From positions 35,849 through 99,848 of the IMG/VR virus record IMGVR_UViG_3300011115_000949: DNA of 64,000 nt; one strand, given 5' to 3'. Below the pieces are notes generated by a model. The model was given only the letters and a program-made list of their open reading frames with translations. It searched no databases and was not told the DNA's origin. The stretch comes from a virus. A program made the translations under genes and the position numbers. Positions 11,801 to 22,300 of this stretch are shown piece by piece. The number at the start of each line of letters is the position of its first letter. The stretch's first letter is position 1.

Positions 11801-12270
11801 CTTTGTTTTAGTTCTAGTTGTTTTTCTACAGCTTTTGAATATGCTATTTCTTCTTCTAATAATGCTTTAGCTCTAAATAATCTATCACTTTCTATTTTAG
11901 CCTTTACCTGTAGTTTTTCTATTTCTTGGGTAGACATTCTATTATACCCAGCTTGATGAGAAGATAATTGTTGAGCGATACTACTTAAATTTTTAAATGC
12001 TAAAGTAGTTTGTTGTGCTCCTGCACTAGTATTTTTGACTTCTCCAACTAAACGTTGGAAATTACTAACTAAATAATCGGTTTCAGTACTAGCTGATCTA
12101 AGCCTATCACCAAATGTTTTAGAAAGAGCATTAATTGCATTTTGGTCCTCTTTAATAGGTTTAAGATGCCCCGCAATTTTATCAAAATCTTCACCTAATG
12201 AAGATAGAGTTTTTCTAAGTTCATCTAGTTGTTTTTTTAATTCATTTGCTTCTTCTGGGGTAGTTGCCAT
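8890..12270 (-). CDS. Tail tape measure protein
   Basis: 1126 aa, coiled-coil and Ala/Leu/Lys rich with hydrophobic segments; directly downstream of the tail chaperone genes. Confidence 0.85.
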   Translation of the reverse strand: MATTPEEANELKKQLDELRKTLSSLGEDFDKIAGHLKPIKEDQNAINALSKTFGDRLRSASTETDYLVSNFQRLVGEVKNTSAGAQQTTLAFKNLSSIAQQLSSHQAGYNRMSTQEIEKLQVKAKIESDRLFRAKALLEEEIAYSKAVEKQLELKQRNLQQQLKSNANNQQAKDALKEINAQLEKQIVGTDRLSSKYSTVENLLTQQDISLKELNKSLENSVNQSKQFDKIMGLTGATAEGLKSTLNNLGLGRLGETLGLDKALKAAQEKADELLQNKIKNEKIVKDLTDQNLSLEENINKNLKEQIDSEQAISKIKASFPDIEKQLQKELQLEKEIKDLNTKNLSVEDIREGKGGDILKRQQLKLDFLKSQNAQEKEQLKLEEDKLKKLNEAIGAQKKSLDLNKEQIKQSQEALKNQSLINQRTQVLNTYVKDLGGNLVKNLKDPLFIIGFLVKGIVDAFKMIDAKTGEFAKNMNMSYSAAAGIANQANIIANKSNTIGVTTKGIMESYQAIGKQLGTNAILNEKDAVAMAKFRDIAGVSQETLSKLQVLTSATGGNLEKNVTTMMASAKITGNQLGVMLNEREVLDDISKLSKATLASYAGMPNKLGEAVATAKALGMTMEQLDKVAGHLLQFEDSIGAELEAELLTGKNINLERARLAALNNDQVTLAKEIRKQYGDINEFSKMNRIQQEAIAKSVGMSREELAATLVQEQALKTMGKDQSEAAKRAFEARVKAVGLEKAQEEVRKGQLKDMMNSQSVQERFNQTIEKLKEVFVSLVTPLLPVLDIFMLILKPVGMIASLLGRLSNFLSPVIGLMVTWKLLTGSIGKGMGKILKSMFSIFTTQGRINISKKLGFITDQQANKAQYANNMLQKDYIVNEKAKNLAKKQGLGYVIKENAQKALGAVKDKISLATEQFRASAKLRTAAAEGAVGKASVLTRLKSLPGMLVDVGKWALKAASAVAGIPIIGPILAFGAAAAAIAGGMALYNKFKGNDVFSPAQGGGGYGKRTLLAPEGAIELNNNDNVVATTNDISFKKGDDVKSMAGKAMEIKPAGSIKSKTEKTSISIDYNAIGAAVATALKGAPLTVNSTLQLNKEVLAKNVVTAVSNQATDIGTGTKVNTSKL

Positions 12271-12307
12271 CTAAATATTTTGTTATAAATATTAAAATTT
12301 TATAACT

Positions 12308-12635
12308 TTATTTATATTTTGCAGGTTTTTTAGGTAAAACACCAGGTTTAGATGTTGGAGGAGTTGGTTGATTTTGAAATAGACTACGGTTTTTAACTAA
12401 TCCATCAGTACCTATAGCTACATTTTCTTGATTGTTTGTGGATTTGTCATATTCTTCACGTTCTTTATCATAATGTTCTTTAATTTGATTAAATGTAAAT
12501 AATCTTAACCAAACTGGCATGTTATATATAGTATGCCAATCATATCCACCATTACCGTGAAATACAATTTGATGTATTTGTGAAAATAAATTTAATCTAA
12601 ATTCAGCTGCGTTAGATAGCGTCAGGCCAAAAAAA
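12308..12635 (-). CDS. Tail assembly chaperone second ORF (gpT/gp51-like), probably reached by frameshift
   Basis: Overlaps the upstream chaperone in another frame and has no ATG before the conserved-looking QIVFHGNGGYDWHTIYNMPVWLR segment. Confidence 0.6.
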
Positions 12636-13367
12636 GTTAAGTCCAATTGGAATGTCAACGGATTTTTCACTCCCGTCGGGAAAAAAAGTTAGATTAATAT
12701 CTGGTTGTACTTTTCTAACATAATCTCGTAATGCTCGAGAATCCATAGCTAATAAATTATTATCCACAAATTCCCTAATGGTTTTAACCATTCTGTCTCC
12801 GTTTACAGATGTTATAAGATATTTTAATCTTGTTGATATTTCAGGGGAAGCGTCTTTTTTAATTTTTTTCAAACCTTCTAATTCTTCTGATATTTTTCTT
12901 TCATCAGCGTGAGTTAAAATTTTAAATGTAATGTTTGTATTTGACGTAGGTAATACGTATGTAAATTCATTTACATTAGGAGTAATCAAAGACATATCTA
13001 ATGGTTTATTGTCTAATTTAGATAAATCTATTACTTCTTCTACTCCGTTATAAGTAAAACTATAATTAGCTCCATATCCTAATACACGAGCTGCTACCAT
13101 GATTGCATTTTTATCTCCAACAATTAAATCATCATAATTAATAGGAGACACGATTAATTCTTTCATTAATCTATCAAGTACTGTTCCTTTTTGAATATAT
13201 GTTTGGTTTGATAAAATATCTTCATGAGCGGCGGTCATATAACGAATTTCAACATAACCACTAGATAATGGATTTTCCTTAGGATAAAATAAACCCTTTG
13301 AAGGCAATTCAATTGTTTCTGTTGGAAAATTAAACTTTGGTGTTTCTTGATTTGCAACTTGTTCCAT
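12612..13367 (-). CDS. Tail/baseplate assembly chaperone (T4 gp26-like)
   Basis: IELPSKGLFY...IRYMTAAHEDIL...GDKNAIMVAAR...NFFWPD; lies between the tube and tape measure genes. Confidence 0.75.
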   Translation of the reverse strand: MEQVANQETPKFNFPTETIELPSKGLFYPKENPLSSGYVEIRYMTAAHEDILSNQTYIQKGTVLDRLMKELIVSPINYDDLIVGDKNAIMVAARVLGYGANYSFTYNGVEEVIDLSKLDNKPLDMSLITPNVNEFTYVLPTSNTNITFKILTHADERKISEELEGLKKIKKDASPEISTRLKYLITSVNGDRMVKTIREFVDNNLLAMDSRALRDYVRKVQPDINLTFFPDGSEKSVDIPIGLNFFWPDAI

Positions 13368-13442
13368 AATTTTTATTTAGTGTAACTTTTTGTTTATTAT
13401 AAATATATAAAAATTTAAAAATTTATCAAGTTTAAATTAAAT

Positions 13443-13955
13443 TTATTGTAAATAAGGTTGAATAGCTGATAAATATGTGTTTTCGTTATTAAACTGTCCA
13501 TTAAATTTCATAGCAGCTTTTCCAGGTATTGTAGAAAATCCTGTAGTTGTTGGAGAAGAACCTTGTGAACTTGGAGGATAAATAGTAGGATCATTTACAT
13601 CTTTATAATTAGAGCCAGCATCGGGGTCAGTATTATCTAAAGATGTAATACGTAGTATGCCTGGGGTTTCCGCGTTACTAGACAATAAACTGTGATTTAC
13701 TAATCTCCCGTCTACATTATCTAAATAGGTGCTAGTTGGAGTATATCTAGGGATAAAACGGATTGTTGGGCCCGGGTTTGCTCTTAATGTAGGAGTACCT
13801 GTAGTTGTTGCAGGGTACTGAGTTTGTAAATCTTTATTTGGACCACCTAATTTATTAGGGTTTTCTAAATCTAAGTCTGTTTTATCAAATGAATTAATTA
13901 ATCCTCGTTTATCTGGAGGGAGGACAGGACTTAATGGATTAGGTTGAGCTGCCAT
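13443..13955 (-). CDS. Hypothetical virion protein (Pro/Thr rich, internal duplication)
   Basis: Has its own ATATTTATAA motif; two similar halves (TDLDLENP..YP.T.TG.PT and TSLDNTDP..YP.S.QG.SP). Confidence 0.55.
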   Translation of the reverse strand: MAAQPNPLSPVLPPDKRGLINSFDKTDLDLENPNKLGGPNKDLQTQYPATTTGTPTLRANPGPTIRFIPRYTPTSTYLDNVDGRLVNHSLLSSNAETPGILRITSLDNTDPDAGSNYKDVNDPTIYPPSSQGSSPTTTGFSTIPGKAAMKFNGQFNNENTYLSAIQPYLQ

Positions 13956-13980
13956 ATTTTGATTATAAATATTGTAAACA

Positions 13981-14007
13981 AAAAAAGCTCGCCGTGTGGC
14001 AAGCTTT
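13981..14007 (-). terminator. Intrinsic terminator after the tail tube gene
   Basis: Sense AAAGCTTGCC-ACAC-GGCGAGCTTTTTTT. Confidence 0.8.
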
Positions 14008-14028
14008 AATTGTAAATTTAAATATTAA

Positions 14029-14517
14029 TTAGTAGTTTAGGATACAATAGTCCATACCAAGTGTTACTTGGATATTAATTGCTGCTGCTTCAGTATCCCA
14101 ATTGTATTCACCAAAGTTTGCAGATTTAATAAATGCTCCTTTAATAATCCATTCACTTACTATATCACCTACAGGACCCAATACGTTGATAGTTACATCT
14201 TTCTTATAGAAATCAGAATAACCATCACGGCCTGTTACTGATTCATGATGTAAACGTACCCATTCCATTACTGCTTGAGCACCAGAAGGAGTGATTGGAT
14301 CAAATAAAGTCATTTGCATGTCTGCCCATTTAGCTTTACCTTTAATTTTACGGTAAACGTTAATGTGGTTCAATTGGATTTCTCCCATTTCTACACTTAC
14401 AGCAGCAATTTGCTTAATAGTGTAAGAAGGAATTCCATCTACATACATTATAAACCTGTTTGCTACTTTAGGTTCAAATGCTGTAAAAAATATTTCGTTA
14501 GGTGATAATACTGCCAT
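14029..14517 (-). CDS. Tail tube protein (T4 gp19-like)
   Basis: FEPKVANRF...GKAKWADMQMTLFD...YKKDVTINVLGPVGDIVSEWIIKGAF; directly after the sheath gene. Confidence 0.9.
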   Translation of the reverse strand: MAVLSPNEIFFTAFEPKVANRFIMYVDGIPSYTIKQIAAVSVEMGEIQLNHINVYRKIKGKAKWADMQMTLFDPITPSGAQAVMEWVRLHHESVTGRDGYSDFYKKDVTINVLGPVGDIVSEWIIKGAFIKSANFGEYNWDTEAAAINIQVTLGMDYCILNY

Positions 14518-14565
14518 TTTGTTTTTGTTTTAGTTTCTGTTGTTTATTATACGTATTTTCATTTT

Positions 14566-14597
14566 AAAAAATCTTCCCCTTTTCAGGGGAAGAATTT
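14566..14597 (-). terminator. Intrinsic terminator after the sheath gene
   Basis: Sense TCTTCCCCT-GAAA-AGGGGAAGA followed by a T run. Confidence 0.8.
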
Positions 14598-14603
14598 AAA
14601 TTA

Positions 14604-16319
14604 TTATGCTGGGAAAGTTGCGCCAGTTGGAGTAACGATGAAATCTAAGTAAATAAATTCAGCAGTTTTAGTAGGCTGAACATATATTTGACCTATTAAT
14701 TGATTTCTATCAATTACGTCTGCTGTATTGTTTGTATCATCCATTACAACTTTAAATGCATACAAACCTTGTCTTTGTTGTACTGAAGATAAGTATGGAT
14801 TAACTTGGCTTAAGAATATATTTCTTGTAGCAATTGTATTTTGTTCAAACACTAATGTGTTAGCTACTTGAGAAATATATGATTTAAGAGCAATTAACAA
14901 ACGACGAACATTTACACGATCAAGAGCAGATGGTTTTTGTTGTAAGGTTTTCTGACCATATACTACAATACCTTGACCAGGGAAAGTAGCTATTGGATTA
15001 ACTTTACCATTGTAAAGAGTATCACGAGTTGATTGATTTAATTTTTGTTCAACACGAATTACAGTTCCTAAACCACCACGATTAATACCTGCTGGTGCAA
15101 ACCAAGGTTCAGCTACTGAGTCGTTATAAGCATATACACCTATAATCATAGTAGATGCTGGAACCCAAACGTTTTTACCAGTTCCTGGGTCAAGAATTTG
15201 ACACCATGGCCAGTATTCAGCAGCATATGAAGTATCACGTGATGCTGCTTGGCTAACTACTGAAGTATAAGTTGATCCGTATCCTACTGGGTCAAGTACA
15301 AAAATACTATCACCACGTTGTAAAGTATTAGATATAATTGTAGATACTGTACTAGTATGGTTAGCAAAAGCATCAATTAAACCTGGAGTTATTAGTATAT
15401 TAAATCTGTAATCATCTTTATTAGATAACAAATTAACCATGTTAGAATAGTTAGCTGCTACTAAACCTTGAGTATTACCTGCGTTGTTGATATTATTCCA
15501 AAAATTAGCTCCACCTTTTACATCACCAGTAGCACCACTAAATGAACCGCTAGCTGCTGAAGGAATAGAAGAAGTATATTGGTTTTTAGCTACACCATTA
15601 TTATCTAAATAATCTGGGGTTAATAAACCAACAGAATCAACATAAACATAAGATGAGTTATTTCTAAAGCTACCAGTTAATTCAATTTGATTAGTACTAG
15701 GATTATAATTATAAACATAATCACCAATTACTTTAGATACGAAATTATTTGATTTTGGGTCTAATGATAAACCTGTAAATTGTTCTAATACAATTTTACT
15801 GTTAGTTATATCATCACCTCTTCTAATTAATAAATCAAAAGTACCAGAAGAAGTACTTGGATTAACAATTTCCCAACGGATATTATTGCTTGAACCACTT
15901 ACTAAAGCACCTGCAGAATCTAGTGCTCCAGAACTGTTCATAATAATACCTTTAGATATTGTTTTAAGAACAAAAGCAGGTTGAGAAGAAGCTTGAGTAC
16001 TAGCGCTAATAGCAGTACTTGTAGCTGAGGTATATGAACCAGATACTACACGAGCTACTAATAACGAGTCTCCACCATTATTAAAATAGTTGTAAGCCGC
16101 TATTGAAGTGAAATACGAATAAGTATCACTACCACTAACTAATACATCACCAAATTTATTTACATAATCTGTGTATGATGATACTAATGTAGGTAATTCT
16201 ACGGGACCTTTTACAGTAGGGCCTATAATTGCTGCGCCTACAGTTACTGGTTGAGCTGATACTTGTGAGCGGTCGATTTCTCTAGCAAGTACACCAGGGG
16301 ATATTAAAGTTTCTGCCAT
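14604..16319 (-). CDS. Contractile tail sheath protein (T4 gp18-like)
   Basis: SPGVLAREID N-terminus, PWFAPAGINRG, GQKTLQ..SALDRVNVRRL and PTKTAEFI. Confidence 0.95.
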   Translation of the reverse strand: MAETLISPGVLAREIDRSQVSAQPVTVGAAIIGPTVKGPVELPTLVSSYTDYVNKFGDVLVSGSDTYSYFTSIAAYNYFNNGGDSLLVARVVSGSYTSATSTAISASTQASSQPAFVLKTISKGIIMNSSGALDSAGALVSGSSNNIRWEIVNPSTSSGTFDLLIRRGDDITNSKIVLEQFTGLSLDPKSNNFVSKVIGDYVYNYNPSTNQIELTGSFRNNSSYVYVDSVGLLTPDYLDNNGVAKNQYTSSIPSAASGSFSGATGDVKGGANFWNNINNAGNTQGLVAANYSNMVNLLSNKDDYRFNILITPGLIDAFANHTSTVSTIISNTLQRGDSIFVLDPVGYGSTYTSVVSQAASRDTSYAAEYWPWCQILDPGTGKNVWVPASTMIIGVYAYNDSVAEPWFAPAGINRGGLGTVIRVEQKLNQSTRDTLYNGKVNPIATFPGQGIVVYGQKTLQQKPSALDRVNVRRLLIALKSYISQVANTLVFEQNTIATRNIFLSQVNPYLSSVQQRQGLYAFKVVMDDTNNTADVIDRNQLIGQIYVQPTKTAEFIYLDFIVTPTGATFPA

Positions 16320-16377
16320 GTTTTTAGATATTTAATTTGTTTTTGTTGATTATAAATATCCAAAAAGGGCTCAAAAA

Positions 16378-16701
16378 CTAGCCTAGCTGTGTAATTTCTC
16401 CTGTTTCTGTGTTGATGTTTACCGTTCCGTATTTACTTTTTATAGATTGAAGAAATTTTTCTTCTTCTATGCGTAACGTTTCAAATTCTTTAAGTAACTC
16501 TTGTTTATAAGTTTCTAAGATTTGTTTTTGGTATTCATTTTGGCCAAATTTAAAAATTAAATTTTGAGATGATGAACTAAGTGATTTTAAAATGTTCATT
16601 TCTTCTTGAGCCAAATATTTACTGTTTGGGTTTTGAGAAGAAGTCCCAGGACCATATTGAGAAGTTTGGTTTTCTAATGATTTATTTTTTTCTACAAACA
16701 T
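16378..16701 (-). CDS. Hypothetical coiled-coil protein
   Basis: 107-aa ORF ending KYGTVNINTETGEI. Confidence 0.6.
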   Translation of the reverse strand: MFVEKNKSLENQTSQYGPGTSSQNPNSKYLAQEEMNILKSLSSSSQNLIFKFGQNEYQKQILETYKQELLKEFETLRIEEEKFLQSIKSKYGTVNINTETGEITQLG

Positions 16702-16745
16702 AATTTTTATTTTTAAATATAATAAACTATTTTAATTATACAAGT

Positions 16746-17633
16746 TTAATTTGTATTTGTTTTATTAGGTAATTGATTAACGTTAGATACAACTTCTGTG
16801 GTAAATGTTACACTAGTAATATCTGGTAATTTTTTAACAGCGCTTACATCTTTTTGTATTGCATCCGGGATAATATATCCGTTTAGTTTAATGTTAAAAT
16901 TACTTTTAACTGCTCGGTCTTTACCATCATCTACTTCTATAACAGTAGTAAACGAATCAATTCTAGCATTAAATTTAAACCTTGCAGGATCACCCCAATA
17001 TGAATCTGAGGCATAGTTAATTGCCTCAACAATTTTATTCATTTGTTCTATATAATAAGTATAAATAACACAACTATAAGTTATTGTAACATAATCAGGT
17101 ATTACTATAGCATGTTGTTCTCTTTCAGGTTTAATATTGTTTAGTACATCAAATGGAGTATAAAAATTTCTTGAAGAATAATTTTTTACAAAAGTATTAT
17201 ATAAATTTGGATGATTTGCATCTAGCTTATTTCCTATATTTCTAACTTTAGCTAAATCGTCTCTTTTAAAAACTAAAAGTGGTGACATTATTTTACCACT
17301 TTTGTCTCTATAATAACCATCTTTTTGCAACATTTTCCATTTTTCAGGATTACCATAAACTACGGGTACTGCTATTCGTTGGCCATTTTGTATAACAAAT
17401 GGTCTTATTACTTCAGTAAAATAATAATAAATAGTTTCATCAATATCTTGGATACCTAAAGTAAATGGTTTAGCTGTATCATTTTTAAGACTTAATTGTT
17501 CACCTCTATTAATTTCTCCATTATTGTTAGGATTTCCTACGGGTTGAAAACCCGGTCCTCCTTGTTGATAGGGTTCCTGTTGAGAAATGCTAATTTCTCT
17601 TTGGGTTTTAGGTGTAGGTTTTCTATTTGCCAT
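16746..17633 (-). CDS. Tail terminator / sheath stabiliser (T4 gp15-like)
   Basis: VPVVYGNPEKW, PDYVTITY and QMNKIVEAI; sits between the neck and sheath genes. Confidence 0.65.
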   Translation of the reverse strand: MANRKPTPKTQREISISQQEPYQQGGPGFQPVGNPNNNGEINRGEQLSLKNDTAKPFTLGIQDIDETIYYYFTEVIRPFVIQNGQRIAVPVVYGNPEKWKMLQKDGYYRDKSGKIMSPLLVFKRDDLAKVRNIGNKLDANHPNLYNTFVKNYSSRNFYTPFDVLNNIKPEREQHAIVIPDYVTITYSCVIYTYYIEQMNKIVEAINYASDSYWGDPARFKFNARIDSFTTVIEVDDGKDRAVKSNFNIKLNGYIIPDAIQKDVSAVKKLPDITSVTFTTEVVSNVNQLPNKTNTN

Positions 17634-18142
17634 TACGGTCTTTCTTTAGTTAAGTTTACTTTATCTGCAGGTATGTAATGAGCCACACAATTTATAGATA
17701 CGTTATATCCAAAATTTTCTAAGCCGGGGTTAAGTGGGTTAACAGCATATGGATAATCTGGGTCTTTACCTACAAATAATTGGTTATTAAAAGATTGTTC
17801 TATTTCATAGTAATCTTCATAATACATAACTATATCTCCTAATTCTGGGTTAACATTAGCTTCTACCAAATCATCTCTTAAAAACCCAAATGTAAGAGTT
17901 CTTACATAATCTCTACCTATGTCTGTATTTTGAAATGCTGGGTCTGTTCTTGTAATTCTACAATTTAAAATAGTAGGTTCAGTATAATATCTGTAACCTG
18001 TAGATTCACCATAAATGTTAGAGACTGTTTTTTCTAAATTAACTTTATAAAGCACGCATTGTTGAGACATTACGTTGCCTAACAGTTCTCTGTTAACTTT
18101 TCTTATTACAGAAACATCTCTAGATGATCCAAATAGTGCCAT
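17633..18142 (-). CDS. Neck / head-closure protein (T4 gp14-like)
   Basis: NIYGES and PELGDIVMY..YYEI; synteny agrees. Confidence 0.65.
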   Translation of the reverse strand: MALFGSSRDVSVIRKVNRELLGNVMSQQCVLYKVNLEKTVSNIYGESTGYRYYTEPTILNCRITRTDPAFQNTDIGRDYVRTLTFGFLRDDLVEANVNPELGDIVMYYEDYYEIEQSFNNQLFVGKDPDYPYAVNPLNPGLENFGYNVSINCVAHYIPADKVNLTKERP

Positions 18143-18143
18143 A

Positions 18144-19289
18144 TTATCCTATATAAATAGTCATTGGTGCTTGACCTAATTCACTTTGACGAGCTACAGT
18201 TTCAGCTTGTTTTCTTTCTAACATTTTTTGGTTTGATGTTTCATCTAAAAATGTTCTTAATCTTTCAAGTAAAGCTGTTTTTTCAGCTGTAGCAGCAGAT
18301 ATTAAATCACTTTGGTTTAAAGTAACTTCAGCTCCTGGAATAGGTACTTGTGTGTATTTTCCACGAACGTATCCTAATATTTCTTTACATAATGATAAAG
18401 TGTATTCAAATATCCATTGACGACCAATAGAATTTATTCTTGAATAAACTGGGTTTTGGAAGCCGGCGTTTGATGGGTTTGTAACGACAGCAGCTGAACC
18501 TGTATTTACAATTGAGTCTAGTCTGTCTTGTAATTTTATATATTGAAAATAAATATTAACTCCACTTTGATCTGGAATTGGAAATATTCTTAATTTATTG
18601 TTTATAAGTTCAAATGAGTATGCTGATTTTCTAATTGTATCATTAAATTCAATTGCTTGAATTACCTGCATGTCATAATTTACAGGCATTAAAACAAAGT
18701 TAACAGATGGAGAATAGGCTCCAAAACCAAAACTGTCCATTAAGTTTTGAGCACCTAAACCTGTACCAGCATATGGATCGTAAAAACGAGTTACTGCTGG
18801 GGGGCCGTAATGAAATATTCTTTTAACTTCAATTCCACCCGAAATGCTATTTGCTGTTGCCCATCCTGCTAAATCGTAATCTTGAATACTTGCTGTAGTG
18901 GCAAATGAACCACTATACCAAGTAACATTTCCACCCACACCTGCTTCAACTCCATATTGTTGAGACATTCTAACAATATTTGCTAAACTAGGAGTAATAA
19001 GAGCAGTATTAAGATTAGAAGATGTTGGAGTGTTTATAACGTTTATTAAATTATCTCTTAATTGAAATGCATATAATTCATTTCCGTAAGTAGTAATTGC
19101 TTCTTCAAAAGCAGCATAAAAGTTGATATCTTGCAATTCAACTTCCATAATAGGATATCCTAAACGTCTAGCACAAAAAGTAGCAACTTTATCAGCATCT
19201 ACTTGAAAGTCGTAATCGTTGTCATAAAATCCAAATGGAGTATTTCCAGGAAAAAATGAACTTGAACCAGGATATATAGGGATATTCAT
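18144..19289 (-). CDS. Neck / head-tail adaptor protein (T4 gp13-like)
   Basis: RRLGYPIMEVEL and WIFEYTLSLCKEILGYVRGKY..PGAEVTLN. Confidence 0.8.
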   Translation of the reverse strand: MNIPIYPGSSSFFPGNTPFGFYDNDYDFQVDADKVATFCARRLGYPIMEVELQDINFYAAFEEAITTYGNELYAFQLRDNLINVINTPTSSNLNTALITPSLANIVRMSQQYGVEAGVGGNVTWYSGSFATTASIQDYDLAGWATANSISGGIEVKRIFHYGPPAVTRFYDPYAGTGLGAQNLMDSFGFGAYSPSVNFVLMPVNYDMQVIQAIEFNDTIRKSAYSFELINNKLRIFPIPDQSGVNIYFQYIKLQDRLDSIVNTGSAAVVTNPSNAGFQNPVYSRINSIGRQWIFEYTLSLCKEILGYVRGKYTQVPIPGAEVTLNQSDLISAATAEKTALLERLRTFLDETSNQKMLERKQAETVARQSELGQAPMTIYIG

Positions 19290-19312
19290 GTAATATTTTT
19301 ATTATAAATATG

Positions 19313-22300
19313 TTAAGCTAGTAAACCTAACTGCCTTAGAGCCTTAACTACTTGAGCTATTGTATACCCGTCGTAAGTATCAGCATCGTTAAGAGCTACA
19401 CCAGGGTTGCTAGTAAATGTTGAACTTGCACCAGCTGTTGTAGGTTGTGTAACAGTTGTTGCTCCAAAAAATCCTATACTTTGATTATCTTTGCATTGAA
19501 TCGTTTTAGCGGCTGATGAATTTTCAACTTGAAATGTTGTAGTTGCTGACGTAGATCCGGCTCCCATAACAATTAGTCTTGCAGCCGTAGAAGGGCCACC
19601 TACACCTACTTCTCCAGTATATGAAATAGTAAATCTTTCACGAGCTGCTGTAGTTTCATAGATACTAAGCTGACCATTATACATTTTGTATATTAACCAA
19701 TTACTATTAACACCTGCACTAGTAGTACCAAGTGATATACCTGCATAAACAGGTTTTACAATAGCTATACCGTTTGTACCACCTAAATAACTGCTAGGAG
19801 AGGTAGTACCTATACCAACATCATTACTATTATTAACATATAGTAAATTTGATCCAACTTGAAGTTGAGTAGCGTTTGAACTTGAAACTGTAAGTGAACC
19901 GGTAATTAAAACATTTTGATTAAGTGGGTTTACAAATGAAGCGGTTGAAGCAAATGAAGATGTAAGAGCAGTTGTTGCGTATGATGCTGTTCCTAAGAGT
20001 GAGCCTGTAAATGAACCAGTAAATGAACTACCTGTTATGCCTAAAGTAGTATTTAACGAACCTGTTACTAAAACACTACCTGAAACGTTAAGTGAACCTG
20101 TAACAGTATGTACATCTGTAATAACGTTTCCTATTTTTACCCCTGTAGGTAAAACTTGAAATTCAATTGCACTACCAGTAAATACTGTAAACGAACCCGT
20201 AACTACAGAGCTACCTGATACTAAGAGTGAACCAGTTATTAAAGCACTACCTGTTATATCTAATTTAGCGTTTGGAGCTGATGATTTTCCAATAGCTAAA
20301 CTAGAACTATTCATTATAATTCTTTGGTTTTGACCTAAATAAGCGTGAAATGCTTCATTGCCCGTAAGATTATCTTTCATTATAACTTCTCCACCACTAG
20401 GATCACCGTATCCTGAGTAGCCTACAAAGGTAAAATTATATCCACTATATGTTTTCCAACTTGTAGCAACTGAAGGGTTAAAAGTAAGAGAAGTATTTAA
20501 AGTATTAAAATTAATAGAATCATAGGCATCAATGTTTAATCCTGCTACCGCTCCTCCTGAATTTCCTGAGAATCTACCTATTCTGCCTCCATTGGTATGA
20601 AATAATTCCACTATACCTCCTACAGTAGAACTACCAGTAACTCTAAAATAAGTAGTGTTACCTACATTAGCCATTAAACTACCTGTACCTACATTAAATG
20701 TAGCATTTCCATTGTCTGCTATAGTTAAGATAGAGGTACCTGCACTATTTTCTACAAGCATAGTGTTTGTAGCAGATGTAGTACCTGAACCTTTAACTCT
20801 TAGTGAATTTGAAGCAGAGCCGGTTATTGTAACATTTTGGTTTAATGGGTTTACAAATGAAGCGGTTGATGCGAATGAAGCTGTAAGAGCGGTTGTTGCA
20901 TATGATGCTGTACCTGTTAAGGGACCAATGTGTGATCCTGAAAACGAGCTAGCAGTGATGTCTGATTTAAAATAAGCAGAACCACTAGCTGTAATTTTAG
21001 CTACTACTTCAGTACCTCCTGAGTTTTGCCATTCTGTAATGCTACCTGTGCCTGCTTGGCCTGAGGCTGCTCTAACCATTAAATTAACCCCAGTTGTATC
21101 TGGGTTTTTAATTAACATGGAGTAATTATTAGGGTATGCAGGTTGAGAACCTCCATACGGGTATGTATATATATTTACGTTAGATACAGTACCAGCAGCA
21201 TTATATACCCCAAAGCATACATTATAATTTCCTCCATTTAAAAATAATGGTCCTCCATATGCTTGTATAATGTGAGAAGTACCACCAATAGCATTAAATT
21301 CTAATTTAGGAGAATAATAATCTGTTGGGGCCTTTAATATTATACCTGTACCTGCACCTGTAGCTTGATTTATAGTTAAAGAACCAGTGTTTACAGTTAC
21401 ATTACCATTATCTGCTACAGCAAATGTGTTTATATTACTACTATTTTCAAGATAAAGAGTATTTGTAGCTGAAGTAGCTCCTGAGCCTTTGACCCTTAAA
21501 GAATTTGAAGCAGAGCCTGTAATTAAAACGTTTTGATTAAGCGGATTTACATACGATGCGGTTGATGCAAATGAAGAACTTACTGCATTTAAAACGTAAG
21601 ATGCAGTATTTGCATTTGAGGCAGTTAATGCTTGAGTAGCATAGGATGCTGTACCTAAAAATGAACCAGTTATACCTGCACTTACTTCTAATGACCCTGT
21701 AATAACTTGACTTCCTATAATATCTAAAGTAGCATTTAAAGAAGAAGATTTTGCTATACCAATTCTACCTGAACTAGAAATAAATAGTCTAGTAAGATTA
21801 GAGGCACCAGACTGAAGATAATGGTCTCCAGCTGATCGTAATAACATATATCCTCTACTGCTACCAAATTCTATCATATAGCCTGTATTAGCTATTTGCA
21901 TAATATTTCCACTAGTTTGGTAACCTTGGAATGTTGTACTTGCTATTGTAAGAGTAGGATAATAATAGGTTGGTGGATATATAGGAAGATTTATTGAATT
22001 GTTTGGCCCATATACTATAAGCGAACCTGTGATTGTAGTATTACCATTTACATGTAAAGTTGTACTTGGTGTTGTAGTATTTATACCTACTCTAGCATCA
22101 TCTCTAACAACTAAAGAAGCAGTGTTTCCACTGTTTTCTATATAAAGAGTATTTGTTGCTGACGTAGCTCCTGATCCTTTAACTCTTAATGAGTTTGAAG
22201 CTGATCCTGTTATTTCAACGTTTTGATTAAGTGGATTTACGTACGATGCAGTTGATGCAAATGAAGCACTTACTGCATTTAAAACGTAAGATGCTGTTTG

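Noticed and set aside
12681-12687. Second T7 run (ACT TTT TTT CCC) as a -1 slippery site
   Set aside because: The -1 frame reaches TGA within five codons and does not join the downstream ORF.
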